NCBI RefSeq assembly: GCF_036365525.1
Contig: NC_090381.1
Coordinates: 64,070,950 to 64,134,949, forward strand
DNA length: 64,000 nucleotides
Direction: 5' to 3'
Source: Heterodontus francisci
Lineage: Eukaryota
Below the pieces are notes generated by a model. It had not been told where the DNA came from. It did no database searches and saw only the letters and a program-made list of their open reading frames with translations. Within the stretch, counting starts at the first letter, position 1. Every line of letters starts with the position of its first letter. This document shows, in pieces, positions 23,294 to 37,586 of the stretch. A program made the translations under genes and the position numbers.

Positions 23294-24299
23294 TAAACAA
23301 TAAAATATGGAAAAGCTATATCAGAAATTATATATCACCAGCAATTTGTTTAATGGAAACAACATGGGCAGATGAGGAACAATCCAGTGTTCTGGAAGCA
23401 TCTCCAGATTATCCTATCAGAACATAAGATCAGACACTCTGGCTATCATACATGCCTGAAACAGCAGTTTAAAGTACACAATTTCTAGTTCTTGTGAAAC
23501 TTTATTTGACTGGTGATCACAAGCTCATTTCTCATTCACTCTTTGAACAACAGTCCCTGTCTGTACAGCAGAGTCAGTAACAACTGTTGTAAGACAATAA
23601 TTACACATTCAAATTTAATAACGTCACTTACAAAATGAAAACATCAACATCCAAGTTAGAGTTAGATTTTATGAGACGGTAAATGGTTTCGACATACTGA
23701 ACACAATTGAAGTTGCAGGCCATTCTAACATATCTTGCTATTGTACCATACAATTTTGATATGAGGTTTTCAAATATTTAATTTTTGAAGTGACTACTGG
23801 AATAGGAATAGTTATCTAATGGAATTCATATTGTTCTGTGTCTCCAGTACAGTGGTTTATAAGATAGCAATGATGGAAGAGTCATGAATATGTTGATATT
23901 ATATAATTAGATAATAAGTTGAGAGTAAATTAAGGTTCAATGGCACTGCCACCAGCAATTGCATTGCCAGCTGACACTTAGGACCTCACATGGTGGGCAG
24001 CATATCCTTATTTTCTATTCATTGATTTAAATAGATGGAAAATCATGGGCAGTGTATCTGCAATTTTCTAATAATTCACCCAACGCATGTGAAGTTCTGC
24101 TGGTGGAATACGGTTTCAGAAAACTTCACCCTGCTGTCTAGGCTCATACAAGAGAAATAGTCAGTTAGGGAAAGTAATAAAGGCCAGTTGGAAGTCATGA
24201 ACTTGCTTCAACATGAGAGATACTGCTTCTTTTGTAATTGTTTTATCATGTGTATCAGTATTTCCGGCGTATATGATACGCCCAGTAGGATTTTGAAAG

Positions 24300-24520
24300 G
24301 AGTACTGAGGGAGACACTGAGTTTAGATACTAAAACCAATACAGTGCAGGGAAACTGACTACAGAATTCTGAGGTAGAACACTGAGGAGGAATGCTGAAT
24401 AAGGATAATGAACAGGAATCTGAGGAGCAGGTATAAAGAACAGGGATACTGAATCTGAGAATCTAACAGGAATGTGGGGAGCAGAGATACTAAGGACTAA
24501 TACTGAGAAAACATGCTAAA
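24300..24520. repeat. Degenerate ~12-13-bp purine-rich tandem repeat (GA(A)TACTGAG-like)
   Basis: Recurring actgag/tctgag/gctgaa words at roughly 12-13-bp spacing. Confidence 0.45.
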
Positions 24521-26549
24521 TGTCTACAACATATTTGACTTTGAAAACTGACATACATTATAATTTATAACATAACAATAATAATTGATCTGAATGACTA
24601 GTTTTATTGTTCATCACTAACTTCATGGCAAACAATTAAACCCCTGGAAGGTTCTAATTACTAAAAACTACAATCAAGATTTTATGGCTAAAAGAATACT
24701 ATCCAGTTCACAAATTCATGTGTTTTTCAGGATAAATGTATAGATATGCTCAGAATGTATTGTACACATTAAATAAAACAGAGAAATAATAAAATCAATT
24801 AGACTCTAGCCCACATAACTGTCTTGTGTTTCCAGAGTCTAAAATGATGCCATGCATCACTGAAACAACAGCTTAAAGTATGCAGTGGTAAAATGGCATC
24901 ATGGGCTGATTAATATTTAAGACAGATTGTATTTCTACCACACTCTCCCACTAAAGCCATGCTTCTGATCTCGGCTATTCAGACGTTTTCCAACAGAGAG
25001 AAAGGGATTACCAGGGAAATCATCCCACGAAGCTCCCAGGCACCTCCTAGTGGTCTTTTTCAAGCAACACTGGTGGTGACGAGAAAACATATTGCTCTTC
25101 TGCATGCCGTGACTGGAAATGGTGCACAATATTGACAAGGAGAAATTAGGAAAATGCCTTCAAAATAGGATGGGTCCCCCTTGCCAATGAAAAGAAGGAA
25201 TCATTTGATTCCTTTACTATTCAGCAAAATACCACAGCAACTTAATTGCTTCCATACATTTCCTGGAATGTTTTCACTTATGGGTGTATTCAGGAAAACA
25301 GACATGAACACAATCAAAGACTACAGGAAAACTATTGGGAGTGACAGTGCAATATAAAGGAAAAACACGGTCATGATGTTGAAGCAATGCTAGGCCAGCA
25401 ATCAGGTGCAGGCTGCAAAAGTTTGGTTTTCTTGGAAGCCATTTGCCCCTTTTATTAGAAGTAAGAGGCAGTAGTAGTATTGTTAACCTAACACCTGGGC
25501 ACCAGTCACCACCAGGCTCGCAAATGCCTCCGAACCCGTAGTGACAAGCAGAGGAGTATGGCCGGGGGTGGGGTGTTAATGAGCAGTCACTGAGGGGTGG
25601 GTGGCTGGATGTTTTCATGACAGATTTTTGGTTGCTTGTTTTCACTTTTCCATTTTATTTTTACAGAACCTGCAGCAAGTTGTTTTGTTTATTTCTGGCA
25701 ATGCTCCAATTCTAGTAGGATCATAAGAAGAAATAGCTAGGGTTGTCTTTTTTACTATATAATTCCAAACAGTCTAGCTTCAGTCTTTGCAGCTGATAAA
25801 ATGTGACATTCTATAATTCTTTGATTATTGGAAGATTTTTCAACTCTAACCATCAGTGTGTTTCTTTCAAATGCTAGTTCTGTCTGGAAATTTCTACTTT
25901 ATTTTCCTGCAAGTTATTTTATAATTTCTCTTTCATCCATATCTCTCACTATTCAAAATACCAGTCCCTGGCTTACAGAGTTGACTGAGAGAAACCTGTT
26001 CAGGTAGACTCACTCTCCAAGTTTCCCAACGTCTCTGGAGAAAAAACCTGGCCTCTATTCTTTCCCTCTTTGAAGTATCTGGTCTCAAACTTAGTGCCTC
26101 CCATGTGGCCTGCAGTCCACACAATAAACTCTAGCTTTCATTTTTAGTCACAGTTCATCTGATTGTGTTGATCTGTAGGCTGGCATCAGTACACTAACCT
26201 CCTCGTTGCTGCTTGATTTGAATTGAAATGCCTAAATAAAGCCTACCATAGTGTAACATCTGGCCCTCATTCCCATGAGTGGATTTATATAATGGAAATG
26301 CAACAGCAGCAAAAGCTGTGTTTAACAGATGGTAGCCCATTGCTATAGCAATGCCGATTAATCATACATTGCTTTAGGAAAATAACGTGCACCTCTACAA
26401 TTAAAATTATTGTGTCTTACTGTAGTAAACTTGTTACATTGGTCATTGGTTCATGCTCACCTTGTGATACTACAAGATGCTTGCTCTTTGCTAACTCTTT
26501 TTGTTAATGGCCAATTAGGATGACAATTGTCATCAACAGTGATTGTTAA

Positions 26550-26850
26550 CAAGTGCCCCCCTTTTAGTGGGACACAAACAATAAACTGTAATTTATCAGT
26601 AAAACAAAAAAATGTAAAGTAAAATGTGGTTGGCTGTGTCCACTCTAATTCCTCCGGTGCTCACCAGTTGTAGAAGGCTTCAGGCGTACTCCCAGACACT
26701 GCGTACTCCCTCACCAGGCACAAATATAACCAGAGAAGAGAGGCAAGTTGCTCTTTGTTAACCATAAGACACCACAGGCAATCAAATCCCCACAAAAACA
26801 CCGTCAGCCATGTTGGGTTTGTACCTACATAATTAAACAAATAAAGCATT
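26550..26850 (-). mobile_element. Tx1/L1-clade LINE 3' relic
   Basis: The minus strand reads ...CLVREYAVSGSTPEAFYNW*APEELE, resembling Tx1-type ORF2 C-termini (REHAVSxGTxEAFxxRWAP), followed by a T-rich 3' UTR. Confidence 0.5.
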
Positions 26851-27602
26851 ACAGCTCCAACTGAATGCCTGACTTCAATATTTTTTGAATTCTGTGGTTA
26901 TGAAAATCCATAAAGCAGAACAGGATAGAAGTCATGTGAGAAGTGTAAGTATATGCAAATTAGGTGGTAAGAAAGCTCTGGAGTGGAAAGGAATAACTAT
27001 AAACTAGAGTAATAGTATCTGAGAGAGAAACAGAAAAGGAGCTTATAGAGGAAGAAGAAAGGCTTGGAAGCTGGGAGAAAGTGCTTCCAATCATGACCTG
27101 CTGAGCTGCAGCTGTAGGGAGAGATTAGAGGCTAATGCACACAAATGTGGAGCAATGTCACAGGAGATCAGCTGGTATAATTTATAAGTGTTTGCATGTG
27201 CTACTGTTGCTATACAGCAGTAAATATAATTGATGCACAACAAATGCTTCCACTAAGGCAAACTAAGTCTGTAGTATTTGTTGCGTGTATGAGTAACATG
27301 AACAGTGGTTTACCCTACACCATAACCTGCATGTATGTTAGGCATTGATACAGGATGCAGGGGAGCTTGCATTTGAAATAGGAATGAAAACTTGTTCCAA
27401 ACATGTCTTTTTCATGAGACCACAATGTACAGGTAGAACCACATTACAAGTGAATGCCTGTAAATGACTCAGATAGAACTATGAAAATAATAAGAGATAT
27501 ATGTTAGCTATCAGGAACTGACAGTTTGATTGGGATGTGACATTATTTTAGAGAGCGTTAGCTTCTATTTATAAACATATACTATACTTTTTTGCAGTTA
27601 CA

Positions 27603-29430
27603 TTGCGGGTGGTGTATCATAACTGTAGCATATGGGAGTTTGTGGAGAGCATTGCAATCCTGGACAACCACATCTGCTGTAAGTGTCTGCATCTCGAGGA
27701 ACTTCAGCTCAGAGTTGTTCAGCTTGAGTCTGTCATAGGGAAAATGTTAGAAGCTATAATTAAAGACGTTATAGCAGGACATTTCGAAAAATTCAAGGTA
27801 ACCAGGCAGAGTCAACATGGTTTTTTGAAAGGGAATCCTGTTTAACCATTTTATTGGAGTTCTTTGAAGAAGTATCATGTGCTGTGGATAAAGGGGAACC
27901 GGTGGATGTTCTGTACTTAGATTTCCAAAAGGCATTTGATAAGGTGCCACATCAAAGGTTATTGCGGAAAATAAAAGCTCATGGTGTAGGGGGTAACATA
28001 TTGGCATGGATAGAAAATTGGCTAGCTAACAGGAAACAGAGAGTAAGCATAAATGGGTCATTTTCCGGTTGGCAAGATGTAACGAGTGGTGTGTCACAGG
28101 GATCAGTGCTGGGGCCTCAACATTTTACGATTTATATAAATGACTTGGATGAAGGGACTGAAGATATGGTTGCTAAATTTGTTGATGACACAACAATAGG
28201 TAGGAAAGTAAGTTGTGAATAAAGAGCGATATAGATAGGTTAAGTGAATGGGCAAAGATCTGGCAAATGGAGTATAATGTGGGAAAATGTGAAGTTGTTC
28301 ATTTTGCTGGAAGACTAAAAATGAATCATATTATCTAAGTGGTGAGAGATTGCAGAGCTCTAAGATGCAGAGGGATCTGGGTATCCTAGTGCATGAATCA
28401 CAAAAGGTTAGCATGCAGGTCCAGCAAGTAATTAGGAAAGCTAGTAGAATGTTATTGTTTATTGTGAGGAGAATTAAACACAAAAGTAGGGAGATTATGC
28501 TTCAGTTATACAGGGCATTGGTGAGACCACATCTGGAGTACTGTGTACAGTATTTGTCTCCTTATTTAAGGATGTAAATGCATTGGAAGCAGTTCAGAGA
28601 CGGGTGGGTTGTCTAATGAGGAAAGATTGGACAGGCTAGGCTTGAATCTGCTGGAGTTTAGAAGAGTAAGAGGTGACTTGATTGAAACATATAAGATTCT
28701 GAGGGGTCTTGACAGGGTGAATGTGGAAAAGATGTTTCCTCTTGTGGGAGAATCTAGAACTAGGGGTCACTGTTTAAAAATAAGAGATCGCCCATTTAAG
28801 ACAGAGAGGAGGAGAAATTTTTTTCTCTCAGAGAGTTGTGAGTCTTTGGAATTCTCTTCCTTAAAAGGCAGTGGAAGCAGAGTCTTTGAATATTTTTAAG
28901 GCAGAGGTAGATAAATTCTTGATAAGCAAGGGGGTGAAAGGTGGTTGGGGGTAGGTGGGAATGTGGAGTTAAGGTTACAATCAGATCAGCCATGATCTTG
29001 TTGAATGGCAGAGCAGGCTCGAGGGGCCGAGTGGACTACTCCTGCTCCTAATTCGTATGTTCCTATGAGTTGGAGGTGCAGACATTTCGGGGCATCAGGG
29101 AGGAGAAGAGTTACCTGGACACTTTGATTCAGGACGTAGTCACACCCCTTAGGTTAGGGAATGGTACAAGTCTGGTTAGTGGTCAGGGACAAGAAGGCGT
29201 GATTGAGCATCAGGCAGGTAAGGAAACCTCAGATGCCATACTGGAGGAGTCTCAGCCTGTGTGGTGACGGCAAAGTCTGCAGTTGGATGACAAAACTGTC
29301 CATGGCAGCATGGTGCAGAAGATCATTCAAGTGAGGGGGGTAGTGAAAGGAATGTGGTAATGATATGGGAGCAGAGTCGGGGAATAGATACTGTTCTCTG
29401 TAGCCATAACCTGGAGTTCCAAAGATGTAA
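27603..29430 (+). mobile_element. Old CR1 ORF1 relic, split by a nested CR1
   Basis: CSIWEF...HICCKCLHLEELQLRVVQLE (27603-27729) resumes as LEVQTFRGIREEKSYLDTL after 29070, followed by an esterase-like GIDTVLC. Confidence 0.75.
27730..29065 (+). mobile_element. 5'-truncated CR1 LINE with intact 3' end
   Basis: RT motifs YLDFQKAFDKVPH and GVSQGSVLGP, a 3' end ...CTACTCCTGCTCCTAATTCGTATGTTCCTATG, and TGAGT duplicated at both junctions. Confidence 0.95.
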
Positions 29431-30950
29431 CTTTGATGATGATTGAGAATAGACTGATGGAGCAGTAAATGGCCGGATTGGATTGTCCTCCTTTTTGTGA
29501 ACAGGACATACCTAGGCAATTTTCTGTTGTTGGGTAGTGTTGTAGCTCTAGTGGAATAGCTTGGCTAGGGGTGCAGCTAGTTCTGGAACACGTCTTCAGT
29601 GTTACAGCTAGGATGTTGTCAGGGCCCATTGCCTTTGCTGTATCCAGTGCCTTCAGTCGCTTCTTGCTATCACGTGGAGTGAATCGGATTGGCTGAAGAC
29701 TGGCATCTGTGATGCTGGAACCTCAGAAGGAGGCCAAGATGGATCCGCAACTTGGCATTTCTGGCTGAAGATTGTTGCAAATGATTCAGCCTTGTGTTTT
29801 GCACTAATGCGCTGGGCTCCCCCATCATTGAGGATGAGGATGTTTGTGGAGCCTCCTCCTCTGGTTAGTTGTTTAATTGTCCACCACCATTCACGACTGG
29901 ATGTGACAAGACTGCAGAGCTTTGATCCGATTCATTGCTTTTGGGATCACTTAGCTCTATCGCATGCTGCTTCTGCTGTTTAGCATGTGTATAGTCCTGT
30001 GTTATAGCTTCACCAGGTTGGCACCTCATTTTTAGGTATGCCTGGTGCTGCTCCAGGCATGCTCTCCCACCTTCCTCATTGAACCAGAGTTGGTCGCCTG
30101 GCTTGATGGTAATGATAGATTGAGGGATATGCTGGGTCATGAGGTTACAGATTGTGGTTGAATACATTCCTGCTGCTGCTGATGGCCCACCGCACCTCAT
30201 GGATGCCCAGTTTTGACCCACTAGATCTGTTCTGAATCCATCCTATTTAGCACGGTGGTACTGTCCTCAGTACGAAGACAGGACTTTCTCTCTACAAGGA
30301 CAGTGCGGTGGTCATTTCATCCAATACTATCATGGATTGACGTATCTACAAGTAGACTCGTGAGGACAAGGTCAAGTAGGCTTTTCCTCCTTGTTGGCAG
30401 ATATGTCCTTCAGGACTTGGCCAGCTAGGTCTGTAGTGGTGCTATCGAGCCACTCTTGGTGATGGACATTGCAATCCCAGAGTACATTCTGTGTCCTTGC
30501 TACCCTCAGTGCTTATTCCAAGTGGTGTTCAACATGGAGGAGTACTGATTTATCAGGTGAGGGAGGGCAGTAGGTGGTAATCAGCAAGTTTCTTTGCCGA
30601 TGTTTGACCTGATGCCATGAGACTTCATCAGATCCAGAGTCACTGTTGAGGACCCCCAGGGAAACTTGGTCCCGACTGTATACCACTGTGCCACCACTGG
30701 TGGGTCTGTCCTGCAGGTGGAACAGGACATGCCCAAGAATGGTGATGGAGGAGTCTAAGCCTTAAGGTATGGTTTGGTGAGTCTGACTGTTCAGGCTGTT
30801 GCTTGACTAGTTTGTGGGACAGCTCTCCCAATTTTGGCATGTCTCCCCAGATGTTAGTGACAACATTTCAGGGTGACTGGGCAGTATGTGCCTTTGTTGT
30901 TTCCAGTTCCTAGGTGGATGCCAGGTGGTCTGTCTTATTTTATTTTTATT
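29431..30950 (-). mobile_element. Single-ORF CR1-group LINE, 5' (endonuclease) half, degenerate
   Basis: Minus ORFs MPKLGELSHKLVKQQP, KPGDQLWFNEE and MGPDNILAV; homologous to 60050-61650. Confidence 0.9.
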
Positions 30951-30977
30951 CAAGTTTTCTATAGGGTGTGATAGTTC

Positions 30978-32615
30978 CTATATAGTTCCTGGAGCATATC
31001 AACATTACAAAGGAGGAGGTGTTGGAGGTTTTGAAGCGCATTAAGGTTGCTAAATCCCCAGGGCCCGACCAGGTGTATCCTAGGATGCTATGGGAAGCAA
31101 GGGAGGAGATTGCTGGGGCCCTGGCAGAGATTTTTGTATCATCGTTAGCCACGGGGTACCGGAAGACTGGAGGATAGCTAATGTTGTGCCTTTATTTAAG
31201 AAGGGCAGCAGGGATAAGCCAGGGAGCTACAGGCCGGTGAGCCTTACATCAGTGGTGGGAAAGTTATTGGAAGGGATTCTGAGAGACAGGATTTATATGC
31301 ATTTGGAAAGGCAAGGTCTGATTAGGTATAGTCAGCATGGCTTTGTGCGTGGGAAATCAAGTCTCACGAATTTAATTGAGTTTTTCAAGGAGGTGACCAA
31401 GAGTATTGACGAGGGCAGGGCAATGGACGTTGTCTACATGAACTTTAGCAAGGCCTTTGACAAGGTCCCGCATGGTAGGCTGGTCCAGAAGGTTCGAACA
31501 CATGGGATCCCGGGTGAGCTAGCAAATTGGATACAAAATTGGCTTGGTGATAGGAGGCAGAGAGTGGTAGTGGAGGGATGTTTTTCAGATTGGAGGTCGG
31601 TGACCAGTGGTGTGCCGCAGGGATCGGTGCTGGGCCCTCTGTTGTTTGTCATATATATTAATGACTTGGATGTGAATGTAAGGGGCATGATTAGTAAGTT
31701 TGCAGGTGACACCAAAATTGGTGGTATAGTGGACAGTGAAGAAGGTTGTCTAAGGTTACAACAAGATATAGATCAACTGGGAAAGTGGGCAAGGGAGTGA
31801 CAAATGGAATTTAACGCAGACAAGTGTGAAGTGATGCATTTTGGGATGTTAAACCAGGGCAGGACATATACAGTGAATGGCAGGGCCCTGGGGAATGTTG
31901 TTGAGCAGAGAGACCTTGGGGTGCAAGTACATAGTTCCCTGAAAGTGGCAACACAGGTAGGCAGGGTGGTGAAGAAGGCGTATGGCATGCTTGCCTTCAT
32001 CGGCCGAGGCATTGAGTACAAGAGTTGGGACGTCATGTTACAGTTGTACATAACGTTGGTTAGGCCGCATTTGGAGTACTGTGTGCAGTTCTGGTCGCAG
32101 CACTACAGGAAAGATGTGATTAAGCTAGAGAGGGTGCAGAAAAGATTCACAAGGATGTTGCCTGGTTTGGTGGGCTTGAGTTATAGAGAGATTGGATAGG
32201 CTGGGTCTGTTTTCCCTGGAGCGAAGGAGGCTGAGATGGGGCATGATAGAGGTATATTAAATTATGAGAGGCATAGATAGGGTAGATAACCAGAGTCTGT
32301 TTCCCATGGTAGGGGTGACTAAAACTAGAGGGCATAGATTTAAGGTGAGAGGGAGGAGGTTTAAAGGGGATCAAAGAGGTAAATTTTTCACACAAAGCAT
32401 AATGGGTATCTGGAATGAGCTGCCTGAGGAGGTGGTGGAAGGCAGGAACAGTAGCGACATTTAAGAGGCATCTGGACAGGTACTTGAATGAGCAAGGCAG
32501 AGAGGGATATGGAATTAATGCAGGTAGGTGGGATTAGTATAGATAGGCATTATGGTCGGCATGGACGTGGTGGGCCGAAGGGCCTGTTTCTATGCTGTAC
32601 CACTCAATGACTCTG
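30978..32615 (+). mobile_element. Relatively young 5'-truncated CR1 LINE
   Basis: A 236-aa and a 131-aa RT ORF (WRIANVVPLFKKG...GVPQGSVLGP...FAGDTK) and an intact 3' end GGGCCGAAGGGCCTGTTTCTATGCTGTA. Confidence 0.97.
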
Positions 32616-32629
32616 TATCTCACTCTCAC

Positions 32630-33070
32630 AATTGCTAATTTATCTCGGCTTTTGGCTGAACCAAAATTTTCGTGTCCAGCTTGCCTCCTTCCCATCCGTA
32701 AACAACAAGGTGTCCAAAGCTCAGCTGACCCATTCTGTTCCACTACATCCCACTTGCCCATCATTTCTGTCCTCACTGATTTACAATGACTCCCTACCAC
32801 CAAAGCACTGAATTCAAAATTCCAATTCTAATCTTTAAGTCATTCCACCGCATCACCGCACTAAATCTTTGAATTTGCCTTCATATTTTTGCACGTCAGT
32901 CCTCAAACTCTGGCCTTAGTGCGTCTCTTCTTCATTTGACTACCATTTGTGGCTGAGCCTTCAGCTGCCTTTGCCCTACTATCTAGAACCACCTCCCTAT
33001 TTTTTTTTCTGCCTATGTACTTCTCTCTTTTCCTTTAAAAGCCTCCTAAAACCCAAACCAAGCTTTTAGT
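32630..33070 (+). mobile_element. Degenerate L2 LINE 3' fragment
   Basis: Reads approximately QGVQSSA...PIISVLTDLQ*LP, the L2 QNSAAR...PITPVL..LHWLP pattern. Confidence 0.6.
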
Positions 33071-33128
33071 TCACTTCGCCATGGCTCGACACACATTCCT
33101 TGCATGAGACATAAATGTTGTTCTTGAA

Positions 33129-33372
33129 ATGCTTAGCAGGTCAGGCAACATCTGTGGAGAGAGAAGCAGAGTTAACATTTCAGGACTGTGACCTTTCATC
33201 AGAACTGGCAAAAGTTAGAAAAATATTAGGTTTTAAGTGGGTGGTGATGGGGAAGAGAACAAAAGGGAAAGTGTTTAATAAGGCAGAGGGCAGGAGAGAT
33301 TAAATAACACAAATGTCTTGGGACAAAGTCAAAGATAGTTTTCCACCATCTGCAGTATCTTGCTTTTATTTT
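33129..33372 (-). mobile_element. Short Penelope-like (pLTR) insertion with inverted tip
   Basis: Homologous to 58200-58350. The right end (ccatctgcagtatcttgctttt) is the inverted pLTR terminus, and the exact 15-bp TSD AATGTTGTTCTTGAA is at 33114-128 and 33373-387. Confidence 0.85.
33170..33206 (-). ncRNA. Minimal type I hammerhead-ribozyme motif (Penelope-associated)
   Basis: The minus strand reads AGTT-CTGATGA-A-AGG(TCACAGT)CCT-GAAA-TG-TT-AACT, giving canonical CUGAUGA and GAAA boxes, stem I AGTT/AACT and a short stem II. Confidence 0.65.
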
Positions 33373-33389
33373 AATGTTGTTCTTGAACT

Positions 33390-34130
<741 letters not shown>

Positions 34131-36739
34131 CAAATAATGGGGCTGATCATCTCCAGCCAATGGCTAGTTATTGCAAGATTATTCCACCAATTTTTATATA
34201 TGTTATGTATTTTAATGTGAAGTGGGGAAAGACGCAGTTCACTTTTTATTTTTAACGTAACAAAAAGTTCAAATTGTTTCATAGTTGGCGGTCGGGTATA
34301 AGCCGGGATGGAAGGTTTTTGATCTTGAGAAACGATGTAACAACACAGATGGAGTTTAAGGTGGAAGTTCTTGTATATTGGGGTGGGGTGGGGTGGTGGT
34401 GGTACTAGGGGTTAGTGGCTGAAGGATGCTATACAAACTAAAGCAGGGGGGAAGGAAATGCTCACCAGACAGAGATTAAAGCATGGAGGATCCGAGCTGG
34501 AGAATGTTTAAAATTAAGAGCAATGAGAGTTATGTATGTAGAGGAAGTTTATGAAGTCAATGCATCAAAGGAAAGGGTACCAATAGAGCTGGGGAGGGAT
34601 GGGTTGTAGGAGACAGTTGGAATCCGGGTGGTGGAGTTGACAGAATGTGCTCAGATGGAGGGCCTTAGAAAAATTGAATTTGGAGGTGACAAAGACATGA
34701 ATGAGGATTGCAGTGGGATAAGGTTCTGATGAAAATTGTGACATTTCAGTGGTTGTAGTTTTGAGATGGGCTGGATGTGTTCAGCTTTGCTCAGGGTTGA
34801 GTGAGACACCAGTTACAAGCTGTGATTGAGCTTAAGTAGGCATCCAGGAAGGGAATTGGATCCATTGCAAGGGCAGAGGGTTTCTGATAATGGCTTTAAT
34901 CTTTTCTAATATAGGGCTGTAAAAAGCTGCCTATGACTTAATGTTAATTATATAATACACCGTGACAGTCAAATTTGGAGTTGTAATGAAGAAGTATCAC
35001 TGGGTGTCATTGGCACCCACATGAATGTTGACCCCATGTTTACATAGATCAGCACGGTTCAACAGAATTGCTGCCTAGTCACAAATGTAGCTATTTTGAC
35101 ATCATTTTAGCTGTGTACTAATTTTAGTAGAGAATGGCATACATATATTTGCAATGCAGGTAAATGTACTTAATATGAACATTTGCTTAACAAACATCTA
35201 CCACCTTTCTAACCTAACTAGGGAAGTAAAGCACTCTGATCAAAAAACTCTCTGCTTTTCATATTTTTACCAACAAATGCACAGAAAGGTTAAAGTATGC
35301 ATAGAAAAGTATGCAAATGAGTGTTGAGATCACATGCCCAACGATGGTGTCTATGACTCAGTTTTTATTTATTACTCAGAAATGCAATATCCACAACTAT
35401 ATTCCCAATTAGCCATATGTGGATAATGTATTGGACAACACTGATGTAGATGAATAGGAGGAGGTTAAGTAAAGTATCTTGGAGTGCATGTGGGCATGAG
35501 TGGAGAAGCCATTGTTGAGATGTTCTGGCTATGTTGGAACAAATAGAAATGATGAAAGTACCAAAGCAGCATGGCTAAGATGGAGGAGGAAAGTGTCTAA
35601 AGTGGGAGAAGGTAAGGGATCAATTCTGTGGTGTGTGAATTTCATCAGAAGTCTTGTTCTGAGCATGTTTTACTTACATTAAAATTTTAAACTTAAAAAA
35701 AAAATTGACATTTGTTGCTTTTTGATTTCATCATATGAGTAGAGGGTATGCCAGTGTTCTATTTCTTAGCAATAGATCTGTTTTAATCAATGATTGTTCT
35801 CACATTTCTGTGAGCTCCATTGACATTTGATTGAGTTTTTTGAGGAGGTGACCAAGAGGATTGACGAGGGCAGGGCGATGGACGTTGTCTACATGGGCTT
35901 TAGCAAGGCCTTTGACAAGGTCCTGCATGGTAGGCTGGTCCAGAAGGTTCGAACACATAGGATCCCGGGTGAGCTAGCAAATTGGATACAAAATTGGCTT
36001 GGTGATAGGAGGCAGCGGGTGGTAGTGGAGGGTTGTTTTTCAGATTGGAGGCCGGTGACCAGTGGTGTGCCACAGGGCTGGGTGCTGGGCCCTCTGTTGT
36101 TTGTCATATATATTAATGACTTGGATGTGAATGTAAGGGGCATGATTAGTAAGTTTGCAGGTGACACCAAAATTGGTGGTATAGTGGACAGTGAAGAAGG
36201 TTGTCCAAGGTTACAACAAGATATAGATCAACTGGGAAGGTGGGTAAGGGAGTGACAAATGGAATTTAATGCAGACAAGTGTGAAGTGATGCATTTTGGG
36301 AAGTTAAACCAGGGCAGGACATATACAGTGAATGGCAGGGCCCTGGGGAGTGTTGTTGAGCAGAGAGACCTTGGGGTGCAAGTACATTGTTCCCTGAAAG
36401 TGGCAACACAGGTAGACAGGGTGGTGAAGAAGGTGTATGGCATGCTTGCTTTCATTGGCCAAGGCATTGAGTACAAGAGTTGGGACGTCATGTTACAGTT
36501 GTACATAACGTTGCTTCGGCCGCATCTGTGTGCAGTTCTGGTCACCGCACTACAGGAAAGATGTGATTAAGCTAGAGAGGGTGCAGAAAAGATTCACAAG
36601 GATGTTGCCTGGTTTGGAGGGCTTGAGTTATAAAGAGAGATTGGATAGGCTGGGTCTGTTTTTCCCAGAGCGAAGGAGGCTGAGAGGGGACATGATAGAG
36701 GTATATAAAATTATGAGAGGCATAGATAGGGTAGATAAC

Positions 36740-37238
36740 ATCTTGCATGCTCCAACAATCTGCAGAATGGGCATATAATTGGAAAATGAATTTCAACTTC
36801 CATAAGTATTACATTTTGGTAAGAAAAGTCACATATTACTAAGAAAATAAGAATCTAAGAGGAGCAAAGGAATTTGGGAATATAAATACACAAATCAAAG
36901 TTGTGGCACAAGTCACCAAGACCATACAAAAGCAAATCAAGCACTGGCGTTTAGTTCTAGAGGGATAGAATTGAAACAGAGACACTATGCTGAACATGTA
37001 TAGGACCTTGGTTAGACTACACAGAGTACTGCGCACAGTTCTGGTAACTATATTGTAAAATGGAAAAAGGGCACTGGAGAGGGTTCAAAGATGATTTACA
37101 AGGATGATACCAGAATGGAGAGATAATAACTATCGGGAAAGGATACACAGTCTGGATTGCTTATCTCTAGAAAAGAGAAGGCTGAGAGGTGAACTAATAG
37201 GGATCTTTAAAATTATAAAAGGTTCTGATAGAGTAGTC
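36740..37238 (+). mobile_element. Highly degenerate CR1 fragment inside the younger CR1
   Basis: LNMYRTLVRL..EYCAQFW and LEKRRLRGELI motifs, with many lesions. Confidence 0.8.
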
Positions 37239-37239
37239 A

Positions 37240-37586
37240 GGGCGGCACAGTTGCGCAGTGGTTAGCACCGCAGCCTCTCAGCTCCAGCAACCCGGGTTCG
37301 ATTCTGGGTCTTGCCTGTGCGGAGTTAGCAAGTTCTCCATGTGACCGCGTGGGTTTTCGCCGGGTGCTCCGGTTTCCTCCCACAGCCAAAGACTTGCAGG
37401 TTGATAGGTAAATTGGCCATTATAAATTTCTCCTAGTATAGGTAGGTGGTAGGGGAATTGAGGGAAGGTGAGGATGTGAGCGGGTAATGGGATTAATGTA
37501 GGGCTAGTATAAATGGGTGGTTGATGGTCGGCACAGACTCGGTGGGCCGAAGGGCCTGTATCTCTAAAATAAAAATAAAAAATAAA
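37240..37586 (+). mobile_element. HE1-type V-SINE, full length
   Basis: tRNA head (GCGCAGTGGTTAGC, GGTTCGATTC), V-domain GGGTGCTCCGGTTTCCTCCCAC, CR1-type tail GGGCCGAAGGGCCTG and (TAAAA)n. Confidence 0.9.

Noticed and set aside
2990-33000. TIPARP exons, expected from synteny upstream of SSR3
   Set aside because: No WWE, CCCH or PARP-like coding sequence was recognised; the gene is probably outside the window.
34378-34410. G-quadruplex-like G-runs (also 4378-4421 and 40871-40891)
   Set aside because: Simple low-complexity tracts with no supporting evidence of function.
37240-37315. tRNA gene
   Set aside because: The A/B boxes belong to an HE1 SINE head and are followed by the V-domain and LINE-derived tail.
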